DNA from: an uncultured Clostridia bacterium
Lineage (GTDB): Bacteria > Bacillota_I > Bacilli_A > RF39 > UBA660
Assembly: GCA_947643225.1 (NCBI GenBank)
Contig: CANRVH010000004.1
Span: 1 to 57,171 of the forward strand
Reading direction: 5' to 3'
DNA length: 57,171 bases
Position 1 is the first letter of the stretch; each line of letters opens with the position of its first letter. The position numbers and the translations under genes are program-made. Positions 35,410 through 44,117 of the stretch are shown one piece after another. Under the pieces are notes generated by a model. That model worked only from the letters and a program-made list of their open reading frames with translations, did no database searches and was not told the DNA's origin.

Positions 35410-37035
35410 ATGAATATTAAGAAAATAATTAGTGAATTAAGAATATATCGATTTGTAAATAGATGTAAAAAGGATAGACTAAATTATGAGATATACTTTC
35501 CTAAATTCTGTAATATGGAAAAATTTCCTAGGTTGATTAGAAAAATAAATCGTCTGAGTTCTGCAGAAAAGGAGTATGTGTTATCTCCAATAAAATCAAT
35601 GAAATATGGTTTGAATATAGATGAAGTATATATGATTATGAAAAATCAATTAGATATTGTAAGGAAAAGGCATGAGCATAATATTGTTGATTTATCAAAG
35701 TTATATTTATCAACTGCTCGTATTTCTAAATCTGTCTATAAAGAATTGGTTAATAGCTATATATATAATAAACCCATAGGAGAATATCGAGCAAAGCACT
35801 ATATTGATATTTTTATGGAAAAACCATTTGATTTCAATTTTAGTAAACCAGGATGTAGTTCGATTTCAATTGATGGTTTAGCACCAGATAAGTTAAGACA
35901 AGCTCTAAAACATAATCAATATGGTTCCAAATTTTTATCTGTTTATCATCGTTTATCTCAAGAGGAAAAACAAAGTTTGAATAATATGGATGAGGAGCAA
36001 TTTCAAAAAGTTTTAGATTTCCTTTTTGTTAATCATGATTTAGAAGATGATTGTAATTATAATTTTCAGAGTAGAAAAAAATTGTTAATAGGATGTGGTG
36101 ATATTTCTAAAAAAATTGATTCACTTAGACTGCTTCCTGATTATTTAATAGATTATCTTAGTTTTGATTGTAATCATACTTCAAAGAAAAATTTTTATCA
36201 TCATATTAATTTTAATTCAGTAAATTGGCTAAAAGAGTTATCTGCTACCTCAGAGGTTCAAGCAACCAATATTAAAAATTTAATTAAAAAGGGAAAGATA
36301 TTTAATCTTCCTTGCGAAAATATTCAAGAAATATTTAAAAATGTTCGAAAAAGTGGAATAAAAGATGAAACAAATACAACTAGATATAGAGCTAAAATGA
36401 AATTTTTAATCGATGATCAAGGTGGCTTTGCTTTTGATATAAGAAATATAACTCTTCTAAAACATACTTTAAATTTTATTTGTCAAAATGATAGTGAACT
36501 AGTATTAAATCAAAAATTTAATGTTTTAAATGCATTACGTGAGGAATTGAAAAATAATCAAATAGATGAGCAATTATATAGTGAATACTTATCGTTTTTA
36601 AATGAGGGATTAGAAAGAAAGACAGAAAAAGAAAAGGTTAGACAGATAAGAGCACGTAGTAAATATTTCGAAGATCATACTCTTTCAGATTTTGCGGAAC
36701 AATTACAAGATAAACCACAACAAGAAAAATTAAAAGAACTTTTCCATCAAAATCAAAAACCAAAGAGGATGGTACAAAATTATAGATTTGCTTTAATGAC
36801 TAATGATTATCAATCGGAAGTGGTTGATATGATAATAAATATGCTTTCTGAAATAGAAGATGTAAATTATTCAAAAATGCTTTTATCTTATATTAAATCT
36901 GAACAATTTAGAAATCTGGGTATAGAAAAACAGAAGAAACACTTAACAGTACTAATTGATATGCTGAAAGAGGAAAATAAGAATATCAACAATATAAAAT
37001 CTAATTCGTTAGAAAAGAAAAAACAGGTGGCATAA
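35410..37035 (+). CDS. Hypothetical cytoplasmic protein (541 aa, K/N/E-rich), no recognisable domain
   Basis: Long uninterrupted ORF with GGGGAG SD, no TM segment or signal, and terminators on both sides. Confidence 0.6.
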   Translation: MNIKKIISELRIYRFVNRCKKDRLNYEIYFPKFCNMEKFPRLIRKINRLSSAEKEYVLSPIKSMKYGLNIDEVYMIMKNQLDIVRKRHEHNIVDLSKLYLSTARISKSVYKELVNSYIYNKPIGEYRAKHYIDIFMEKPFDFNFSKPGCSSISIDGLAPDKLRQALKHNQYGSKFLSVYHRLSQEEKQSLNNMDEEQFQKVLDFLFVNHDLEDDCNYNFQSRKKLLIGCGDISKKIDSLRLLPDYLIDYLSFDCNHTSKKNFYHHINFNSVNWLKELSATSEVQATNIKNLIKKGKIFNLPCENIQEIFKNVRKSGIKDETNTTRYRAKMKFLIDDQGGFAFDIRNITLLKHTLNFICQNDSELVLNQKFNVLNALREELKNNQIDEQLYSEYLSFLNEGLERKTEKEKVRQIRARSKYFEDHTLSDFAEQLQDKPQQEKLKELFHQNQKPKRMVQNYRFALMTNDYQSEVVDMIINMLSEIEDVNYSKMLLSYIKSEQFRNLGIEKQKKHLTVLIDMLKEENKNINNIKSNSLEKKKQVA

Positions 37036-37039
37036 AAAT

Positions 37040-37064
37040 AACATCTCTTTAGTTGAGATGTTTT
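37040..37064 (+). terminator. Rho-independent terminator
   Basis: AACATCTC pairs with GAGATGTT (8 bp) around a 7-nt loop, followed by TT(A)T. The track start of the next ORF (37053) lies inside this hairpin. Confidence 0.6.
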
Positions 37065-37160
37065 ATGATGGCAGAAATAAATATAAGTCAAAATGGTCAT
37101 CTTTTTCTCTTTTGTTCCCTTTTAATATGTGATATGATATATATAATAATGGAGACTGAT

Positions 37161-40100
37161 ATGATGAAAAAGTTGAATGATAGAGCATTTACAATGATAG
37201 AGTTAATTGCGGCAATTACCATTATGGCATTATTGATGCTTATTATTATTCCTAATATTTTTGGTATTGTTGAAAAAAATAAAAAAACAACTTATTTAAA
37301 TGATGCTAAACAACTTATTACTATGGCTAAAAATCAATATGAGGCAGATCCTACAATTACTGAGCCAACTGATTCATTATGTTTAGTATTTAGACTTAAG
37401 GATTTAAGAAAATCGGGTCTTGAGAAAGGTCCAAATGGTGGAAAATATAATGGCACCTATTCTTATGTTACAATTAATTATGAATCTGGTAAATATATTT
37501 ATGGTGTTCAACTTCTTGAGGAGTATTCAACGAGAGGGAAAAGTAATTATCGAGGTATTGCTTATACTAAACAGGCTGATTTACAAAAAAGTAATATTGA
37601 AAAAAATACCAATTCTATGGAAAATTATACAGATCTAAGCTCTTTATCTGTTTCAAGTTCTTGCCCAAATGGGTTAGTTTTTTCTGATGGTAGTATTGGT
37701 AATAAAGATAATCTAGATAGTGAGATAAAAGAGGGAGATGTATTAACAGTAAATTATAGAATAGGATCTAATGTGGAAGAAATTGGTTCTGAGGTAGCAA
37801 CTTGTACTGTACCAGAATCAAAAAAGTATTGTATAGTTACATTACCTTCTATTAAGGCAAAAGATGGATATAATAGTGTAGGTTGGTCAAGATCAAAGGG
37901 TGCACGATCAGGAGATAAACAATCGATATATTTAACCAAAATAAGTAGTGTGTATTATGCTAATGCTATTGATGATATTGCTCCAGCTATCAATCTTTCT
38001 AAGCAAGAAGATCAACTATATACTAAGGAAAAAGCAATAGATGTTGATTTAGTTGATTTAGGAGTTGGGTTAGATCAAGATATCGTTGTAAAATATGGTT
38101 GGTCTTTATCTAATAATGTAGAACCTGGAAATTATATCGAGGTTAAGCCAGATTACCAAAAAGGAAGTAAGAAAGTGACTTTTCAAGCAGAGGGAAATAA
38201 TTTGAATGGTGATTATTATTTATGGGTTGAACCAATTAATTTGCAGGATATAGAGGGAAATGAAAATAAGAAGAAAATTATATCTGAAGGTGTGTTTAAA
38301 TATAATATTACTCGTCCAGCTTGTCGTTTTACTAATATTAACTCTACGATAGTGGGGGATCAAGAAACAATATTGTTAACTTGTACAGATGATGAAACCA
38401 GTGTAATTAGTCAAAACCTTACTATTGATGATTTTTCTGTATCATCGGATAATGGCAAAATAGTATCTGTAAGTGATGCAAGAGAAGTAGCGAATGGATA
38501 TGAGTATCAGGTTACTGTTGAGGGAGTGGGAACAGGTGGTTTTTCTGTCGTTTTTTCTAAAGATAAAATTCAAAACGGCGCAGGTAATATGAATGAGGAA
38601 ACATCTAGTCCAGAAATAGTTGTTAATGGGAAGGTTTATCATGTTCAATATATATTAGGAGATAATATGTCTAATATAGATGATGGTGAGGAAAATTGTA
38701 CAACGACAGGTAAAAGTTTAGAATGTGAAATAATGCTACCAACAATTAAGGCAAACGATGGATATACTGCAGATGGATGGTATTATAATAATACTAAGAT
38801 TGGGGAAAATGGCCAGTATATAATTAGTGGAGATATTCAATTAAATGCAAAAGTTAAACCACGTGTATATACTGTGATTTATGATTATGAAACAAATGGT
38901 GGGACTTCTGTAGCAATTACTCCAAATTCAGGAATTACTGAGATTAAGGAATTAGAGCGAATTGGAGAATTTGCTTATACAGGAGATCAGATTATAAAAA
39001 AAGAAGAGAAAAGAATTGAGGCAATTAAAAACAATTGGGAGTTTGTAGGCTGGAATACTGATCCTGATGAGGTGATAGCATTAGATGAGTATTACATAAC
39101 AAATAAGTTATCCCAAGATGTGGATCAAATTACTCTTTATGCAATTTTTAGAAGGAGAAAAACTGCTAAGGTCTATTATTATAATCCAGAAGAAAGAGAC
39201 TCATTTGAAGAAGTTAGTTGTTATATATACAATAATGCTCCAGATGAAGATGTTTGTAATTTTACTATACCAGATAAAGTAGAAAAGAGTGCACCAGAAG
39301 GATTTAATTATGTTGGATTATTATCTAATTGTTTAGAAGATTGGACAATAGATTCACAAATGACAGATCAATCTGAAGATAGGATAGAATATACTAGTGA
39401 AAATCCAGTTTATTATGCGGTTTATCATAATAGTTATGTAGTTAACTATATTAAAGAAGATACTATAGATAATATTATAGATACTATCCAAGATGAAGGT
39501 GATGAGGAGCCTGATACTGGTGAAGATTCTGGAACTGATGAGAAAGATGATACTAACAAGGGACCAGAAACTAGTGAGGAGTCCGATATTAATGGGGGAT
39601 CTGGAACTGGTGAGACGCCTGATATTAGTGGAGGAACGGATACTAATACTGATGAGGGAGTTGATACCGATGGGGATAATAATGAAGATACAAAAAATAA
39701 TATCATTCAAATTTTATTTGATGCTTATTTATATCATAGAACGGGTTATGATACATCATACAATATTAAATTGCCAAAACTAACACCACGTCGTGGATAT
39801 ACTAATACTAAATGGACAGAGATTTTAGATAGCGAGGGAACGAAGGGGAATATTTTTGCACCAGAACAAGTTTATACATTAACAAGTAGTACAACAACCT
39901 TTTCTGCAAGTGCCGAGGATATTGAAAAACCAACATGGTCAATAGTAAGTGCTGAAAAAGACTGTAATGATTTAAAAATTACTATACAAGGCTCGGATAC
40001 TTCTGGACAGACTATAAGTAGTTTAAAACTTGATAAGCTCTCAATAAAAATTGGTGGAAAAGAAAATAGTCAAGGATTAAATACAACATTATCTGAAATT

Positions 40101-40667
40101 CCATCAGAGTCATCAGAGTTTATAGGAGGAACAGTACAACATGTTTTAACAATTAAGAATTATAATCAACAAGGAGAGATTAATATTACTATATCAGAAT
40201 CTACCTTAAGAGATGGTGCTGGAAATACCAATGTTACCACTTCATTAATTTATCCTGAAACAGGAATTTATGATGTTTGTGAACCAGATGAACCAACATG
40301 GACAATAATAAGGGTTGAAGAGGATTGTGATAGTTTAAGAATTATTTTACAAGGTACTAGTCCATCTGGTAAAGTAGAGAGTAATTTAAAATTGGAAAAT
40401 TTAGTAATTGAGCTTGGAAATGAAAATATTTCTGAATCTACAACAGTAGAAAAAGTTCTATCTAAAGTTTCATCAGAGTCATCAGAATTCATTCAAGGTT
40501 CAGTTCAATATATTTTAACATTGAAGGGTTACAATCAAATAGGAGATGTAAAGATTAATATCTCAGCAGCTACCTTAGAAGATGAAGCAGGGAATATGAA
40601 TCAGGCTGTCTTATCTAGTTATCCTAAGGAAGAAATTTATCATATCTGTCAATCTACAACTTCATAG
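37161..40667 (+). CDS. Giant modular type IV pilin-like (class III signal) surface protein
   Basis: GGAG lies at 37151-37154, then ATG 37161. The N-terminus MMKKLNDRA/FTMIELIAAITIMALLMLIIIPNI has a short basic leader, Ala at -1, Phe+1, Glu+5 and a hydrophobic helix of about 20 aa, very like ComGC/pseudopilins. About 1130 aa follow. They contain several Listeria-Bacteroides (Flg_new)-type repeats (..LP.IKA.DGY...GW), Ig-like modules ending in x-(A/E)-G-N-x-N, and an acidic D/E/T/G linker at 39480-39700. Confidence 0.7.
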   Translation: MMKKLNDRAFTMIELIAAITIMALLMLIIIPNIFGIVEKNKKTTYLNDAKQLITMAKNQYEADPTITEPTDSLCLVFRLKDLRKSGLEKGPNGGKYNGTYSYVTINYESGKYIYGVQLLEEYSTRGKSNYRGIAYTKQADLQKSNIEKNTNSMENYTDLSSLSVSSSCPNGLVFSDGSIGNKDNLDSEIKEGDVLTVNYRIGSNVEEIGSEVATCTVPESKKYCIVTLPSIKAKDGYNSVGWSRSKGARSGDKQSIYLTKISSVYYANAIDDIAPAINLSKQEDQLYTKEKAIDVDLVDLGVGLDQDIVVKYGWSLSNNVEPGNYIEVKPDYQKGSKKVTFQAEGNNLNGDYYLWVEPINLQDIEGNENKKKIISEGVFKYNITRPACRFTNINSTIVGDQETILLTCTDDETSVISQNLTIDDFSVSSDNGKIVSVSDAREVANGYEYQVTVEGVGTGGFSVVFSKDKIQNGAGNMNEETSSPEIVVNGKVYHVQYILGDNMSNIDDGEENCTTTGKSLECEIMLPTIKANDGYTADGWYYNNTKIGENGQYIISGDIQLNAKVKPRVYTVIYDYETNGGTSVAITPNSGITEIKELERIGEFAYTGDQIIKKEEKRIEAIKNNWEFVGWNTDPDEVIALDEYYITNKLSQDVDQITLYAIFRRRKTAKVYYYNPEERDSFEEVSCYIYNNAPDEDVCNFTIPDKVEKSAPEGFNYVGLLSNCLEDWTIDSQMTDQSEDRIEYTSENPVYYAVYHNSYVVNYIKEDTIDNIIDTIQDEGDEEPDTGEDSGTDEKDDTNKGPETSEESDINGGSGTGETPDISGGTDTNTDEGVDTDGDNNEDTKNNIIQILFDAYLYHRTGYDTSYNIKLPKLTPRRGYTNTKWTEILDSEGTKGNIFAPEQVYTLTSSTTTFSASAEDIEKPTWSIVSAEKDCNDLKITIQGSDTSGQTISSLKLDKLSIKIGGKENSQGLNTTLSEIPSESSEFIGGTVQHVLTIKNYNQQGEINITISESTLRDGAGNTNVTTSLIYPETGIYDVCEPDEPTWTIIRVEEDCDSLRIILQGTSPSGKVESNLKLENLVIELGNENISESTTVEKVLSKVSSESSEFIQGSVQYILTLKGYNQIGDVKINISAATLEDEAGNMNQAVLSSYPKEEIYHICQSTTS
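39930..40664 (+). repeat. Tandem duplication of a 121-aa (363-nt) Ig-like module at the pilin C-terminus
   Basis: PTWSIVSAEKDCNDLKITIQG...SESSEFIGGTVQHVLTIKNYNQQGEINITISESTLRDGAGNTN begins at 39930. PTWTIIRVEEDCDSLRIILQG...SESSEFIQGSVQYILTLKGYNQIGDVKINISAATLEDEAGNMN begins at 40293. Confidence 0.85.
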
Positions 40668-40699
40668 TTTAGTAAGTATAACAGATTTTAATTTACTAT

Positions 40700-40740
40700 A
40701 AGATAAGATATATTTATATTATTCTTATCTTTTTCTTTTA
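40700..40740 (+). terminator. Probable terminator after the pilin-like gene
   Basis: AAGATAAG (40700-40707) pairs with CTTATCTT (40724-40731) around a 16-nt loop, followed by TTTCTTTT. Confidence 0.5.
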
Positions 40741-40811
40741 TTAAAAAATTAAGTCTTTAAAAAAGATTAAAATACATGTTATAATTAAGATAGAATGAGG
40801 TGTAAAGATAT

Positions 40812-43103
40812 ATGGCAAAAAAGAAAAAGAAAAAAGAAGTAAAAAAGGGTTTTGAGCATAGTGCAGAACTTTATGGAGTTTTATTTGTCTTAATGGCCAT
40901 TTTAGGGGTAGGGAAATATGGGCCAGTTGGTCGAGTAATTGCATCCTTTTCTTTATTTTTAGTGGGCTCTCTTTATATTCCTTTATTAATTGTTTTATTT
41001 ATGATAGGGGGGTATTTAATTATCAAAAGAGAGTGGCCTGACTTTTTTACTACAAAACTTATCGGAACATATATTGCTGTTTTGGGGTTTCTAATTTTAA
41101 TGCATAGAGAATTTGTTGTCCAAAATGATGGAAATATGGTTACGATATTTAGAGAAACGATTAATCAATTAGTAGCAGGCTTCAATAGTATTATGAATAG
41201 TGGTTCTTTAAGTGATGTGTTTGCAGTAGGAGGAGGAATTACAGGGGGAGTTCTTGCTATTATTTTCGATAAACTATTTTCTGTTGTAGGAATGGAAATT
41301 GTTGCTTTTGTTATGATTATTTTAGGAATACTTTTATTTACAGGATTTTCTATTCTAGATATTATGCAAGAAAAATATAGAGAACAGCATGAAAGAAGAT
41401 TAGAAAGAAAGGCAGAAAGAAAAATGGTTACAAAGGATTCAAAAGAGAATTCACCTGAAAAGAGTCCTGTTATTATTAGTGGTGATGAAGAGGATGAAGA
41501 AAGAATATCAGACAAGAAGGTAATTACTAGTATTTCAGAATTAACTAATCCTGTAAAAACTGAAACTGAGATTGTAGAAGAAAATAAGGAAGTTCAAACT
41601 GTTACACCAACAATCCATCAGAGTCAAAAAAAATATGTTTTGCCATCTATTGATCTTTTAGATAAACCTAAAAAGAAACAGGGAAAAACAGATCAAAGTG
41701 CAATAGAGAATAATATTATTAAACTAGAGGATGTATTAAAAGAGTTTGGAATTAGTGGTAAAGTAGTAGAAGTTCATGTAGGACCTACTGTTACTCAGTA
41801 TGAGTTAGAAATAAAATCTGGTACAAAAGTAAGTAAAATTTTAAATATTAATCGTGAAATTGCTTTGGAACTTGCTAAAAAAGATGTTAGAATTCAGGCT
41901 CCTATTCCTGGTAAAAGTACAGTTGGTATTGAACTTGCTAATGATGAGGCGGCATCTGTTTCATTTAGGGAGATTATGGAGAAAGTTCCCAAGTCTAAGG
42001 CTGATTCTAAATTACTTGTACCTTTAGGTAAGAATATTATGGGTAATATGATTTCCTGTGAGATTAACAAAACTCCTCATTTACTAGTTGCTGGTTCAAC
42101 TGGTTCAGGAAAGTCAGTTTGTATTAATGGAATTATTAGTTCAATTTTAATGAGAGCAAAACCAGATGAAGTAAAACTAGTTTTAGTTGATCCTAAAAAG
42201 GTAGAATTTTCTATGTATGAAGGGATTCCTCATCTTTTATGTCCAGTTGTAACAGATCCTAAAAAAGCAAGTGTTGCTCTTGCTAAGACAGTAGTAGAGA
42301 TGGAAAATCGATATGAGTTATTTAGTCAAACTAAAACAAAAAATATTGCTTCATATAATGAATATATAGAAAATAGAAATAAAGCTCTTCCTGCTGAAGA
42401 AAAGGAAAAGAAAATGCCATTTATTGTTGTAATTGTAGATGAGCTTGCAGATTTAATGATGGTTGCTAGTAAGGATGTTGAGGCGAGTATTATGCGTATT
42501 ACTCAGATGGCACGTGCGGCAGGAATTCATTTAATTATCGCTACTCAAAGACCATCTACTAATGTTATTACTGGTGTTATTAAAGCCAATATTCCATCAC
42601 GTATTGCTTTTGCTGTTAGTAGTAGTATTGATTCACGTACTATTCTTGATACGATGGGAGCAGAAAAACTATTAGGAAAGGGTGATATGCTCTTTATGCC
42701 TATGGGAGAGGGAATTCCTGAACGTGTTCAGGGGGCATTCATTTCAGATGATGAGATTAAAAGATTAGTTGAATACTCGATCGAACAACAACAGGCTGAA
42801 TTTGATCCCGCTTTTGAAAACTTGGAGGTGACTCAAACAGATAAATCAGCTTCTCAAATAGAAGATATGAAAGAGGTAGAAGAGTATGATGATCCATTAT
42901 ATAATGAAATCGTAGATTTTGTTGTAACTAGTGGAAAAGCAAGTGCATCTTTACTTCAAAGAAGATTTAAATTAGGATATAATAGGGCGGCTAGAATTGT
43001 TGATTTACTAGAAGAAAGGGGAATAATTGGACCACCTAATGGATCTAAGCCGAGAGAAGTTTTGGTTAAATTGGAGGAAACTGATCAGGCAGAGGGTGAA
43101 TAA
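40812..43103 (+). CDS. ftsK: DNA translocase FtsK/SpoIIIE
   Basis: N-terminal TM helices, a linker, an ATPase domain with Walker A GSTGSGKS, Walker B VVIVDELADLM, and a C-terminal winged-helix gamma domain (LLQRRFKLGYNRAARI.D.LE..GI). Confidence 0.95.
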   Translation: MAKKKKKKEVKKGFEHSAELYGVLFVLMAILGVGKYGPVGRVIASFSLFLVGSLYIPLLIVLFMIGGYLIIKREWPDFFTTKLIGTYIAVLGFLILMHREFVVQNDGNMVTIFRETINQLVAGFNSIMNSGSLSDVFAVGGGITGGVLAIIFDKLFSVVGMEIVAFVMIILGILLFTGFSILDIMQEKYREQHERRLERKAERKMVTKDSKENSPEKSPVIISGDEEDEERISDKKVITSISELTNPVKTETEIVEENKEVQTVTPTIHQSQKKYVLPSIDLLDKPKKKQGKTDQSAIENNIIKLEDVLKEFGISGKVVEVHVGPTVTQYELEIKSGTKVSKILNINREIALELAKKDVRIQAPIPGKSTVGIELANDEAASVSFREIMEKVPKSKADSKLLVPLGKNIMGNMISCEINKTPHLLVAGSTGSGKSVCINGIISSILMRAKPDEVKLVLVDPKKVEFSMYEGIPHLLCPVVTDPKKASVALAKTVVEMENRYELFSQTKTKNIASYNEYIENRNKALPAEEKEKKMPFIVVIVDELADLMMVASKDVEASIMRITQMARAAGIHLIIATQRPSTNVITGVIKANIPSRIAFAVSSSIDSRTILDTMGAEKLLGKGDMLFMPMGEGIPERVQGAFISDDEIKRLVEYSIEQQQAEFDPAFENLEVTQTDKSASQIEDMKEVEEYDDPLYNEIVDFVVTSGKASASLLQRRFKLGYNRAARIVDLLEERGIIGPPNGSKPREVLVKLEETDQAEGE

Positions 43104-43344
43104 ATAAAAGTATAAAAGTAGTAGAGGTAAGTCAATAGGTTAGATATATGCGAGTGATATTGTTTACTTTAATGGGAAGGATTTTGCTCACCCTCTCTTT
43201 TTTATTTGGTCCTATATTTCAGGTGGATAATTTTCGAAAATATAGGTTTATAATAGAGGAATATAAATTCATCTTTATGAATAAATAAAAATGTATCTTA
43301 ATTGTGAAAATCTTATCCTTAATATAGTAGATTTTTCCATTTAG

Positions 43345-43353
43345 TGGTATACT
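43345..43353 (+). promoter_or_regulatory. Extended -10 element TGgTATACT upstream of deoD
   Basis: TGGTATACT lies 22 nt before ATG 43375. The leader is near-identical in layout to that of 7135 (GTGGTATACTAAT...AGGA.G.GATA.T ATG). Confidence 0.4.
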
Positions 43354-43374
43354 AATATTAAGGATGGTGATAGT

Positions 43375-44079
43375 ATGGCAACGCCACATATAGAAAGTAA
43401 AAAAGAGGATATTGCGAAAATCGTTTTGATGCCAGGTGATCCACTAAGAGCTGAAATGATTGCTAAAAATTATTTAGAAGATTATAGAATAGTGAATCAA
43501 GTTAGAGGAATGAATGCTTATACTGGATTATACAAAGGAAAAGAAGTAACTATTTTTCCATCGGGAATGGGTATTCCTAGTATGGGGATCTATTCTTATG
43601 AATTATTTAAATTTTACGATGTCGAAAAAATTATTAGAATAGGAACTACGGGAGCTTATACAGAAGAGTTAGATCTTTTTGATCTTGTTTTAGTAGAAAA
43701 TAGTTATTCTAAATCTAATTATGCATTAGATTTGTATAATTCAAATGACCATGTGATAGCAGCTGATCAAAATTTAAATGCTCAAATTAAAAAAATTGCT
43801 GATAAAAATAAAATAAAGTTGCATACTGGTAATGTATATTCTACTGAAACCTTTTATGATTCTCATTCTAATATAAAAGAGTTGTATCATGATTATAATT
43901 GTTTAGGAGCTGAAATGGAAAGTTATGCACTTTTTCATAATGCAAGTTTTTTAAATAAAGAAGCAACCTGTATTTTAACAGTATCTGATAATTTAATCAC
44001 AAAAGAGGAAACAACTAGTGAACAAAGACAAAATTCTCTACATCAGATGATCGAACTTGCTTTAAATTCTATCTTATAA
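43375..44079 (+). CDS. deoD: Purine nucleoside phosphorylase DeoD type
   Basis: Starts with MATPHI, followed by PGDPLRA..IA, G..V...S.GMG.PS and EMES.AL. Confidence 0.9.
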   Translation: MATPHIESKKEDIAKIVLMPGDPLRAEMIAKNYLEDYRIVNQVRGMNAYTGLYKGKEVTIFPSGMGIPSMGIYSYELFKFYDVEKIIRIGTTGAYTEELDLFDLVLVENSYSKSNYALDLYNSNDHVIAADQNLNAQIKKIADKNKIKLHTGNVYSTETFYDSHSNIKELYHDYNCLGAEMESYALFHNASFLNKEATCILTVSDNLITKEETTSEQRQNSLHQMIELALNSIL

Positions 44080-44117
44080 AATAAAAAAAAGTGATCATAC
44101 TAAGAGGGAGGGATAAT

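Noticed and set aside
39354-39783. Three long ORFs from the track (39354-39710 minus, 39446-39706 minus, 39493-39783 plus) overlap the pilin-like gene.
   Set aside because: All lie within the acidic GA(T/A)-rich low-complexity linker, which is open in several frames. Their products are low-complexity (S/P/V/L or K/R/L repeats) and they have no SD. They are shadows of the real frame.
40741-41515. Minus-strand ORFs 40741-40944 and 41165-41515 overlap the ftsK 5' region.
   Set aside because: They are antisense to the ftsK membrane and linker region. There is no SD, and the serine/leucine-rich products mirror the K/E-rich sense frame.
43104-43374. A purine riboswitch upstream of deoD, and a B12 or NrdR element upstream of nrdD (28058-28172).
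   Set aside because: I could not find the conserved purine-riboswitch core (junction/loop UAUAAUC..GGAUAUGGC..-type strings), B12-box-like sequence or NrdR-box-like palindromes. Only generic promoter and SD elements are present.
7104-43375. The shared 13-mer GTGGTATACTAAT and similar leaders upstream of 7135 and deoD, considered as a common regulatory element.
   Set aside because: The similarity is explained by consensus promoter (extended -10) and SD (AGGAgGTGAT) elements at standard spacing. There is no additional conserved or palindromic sequence.
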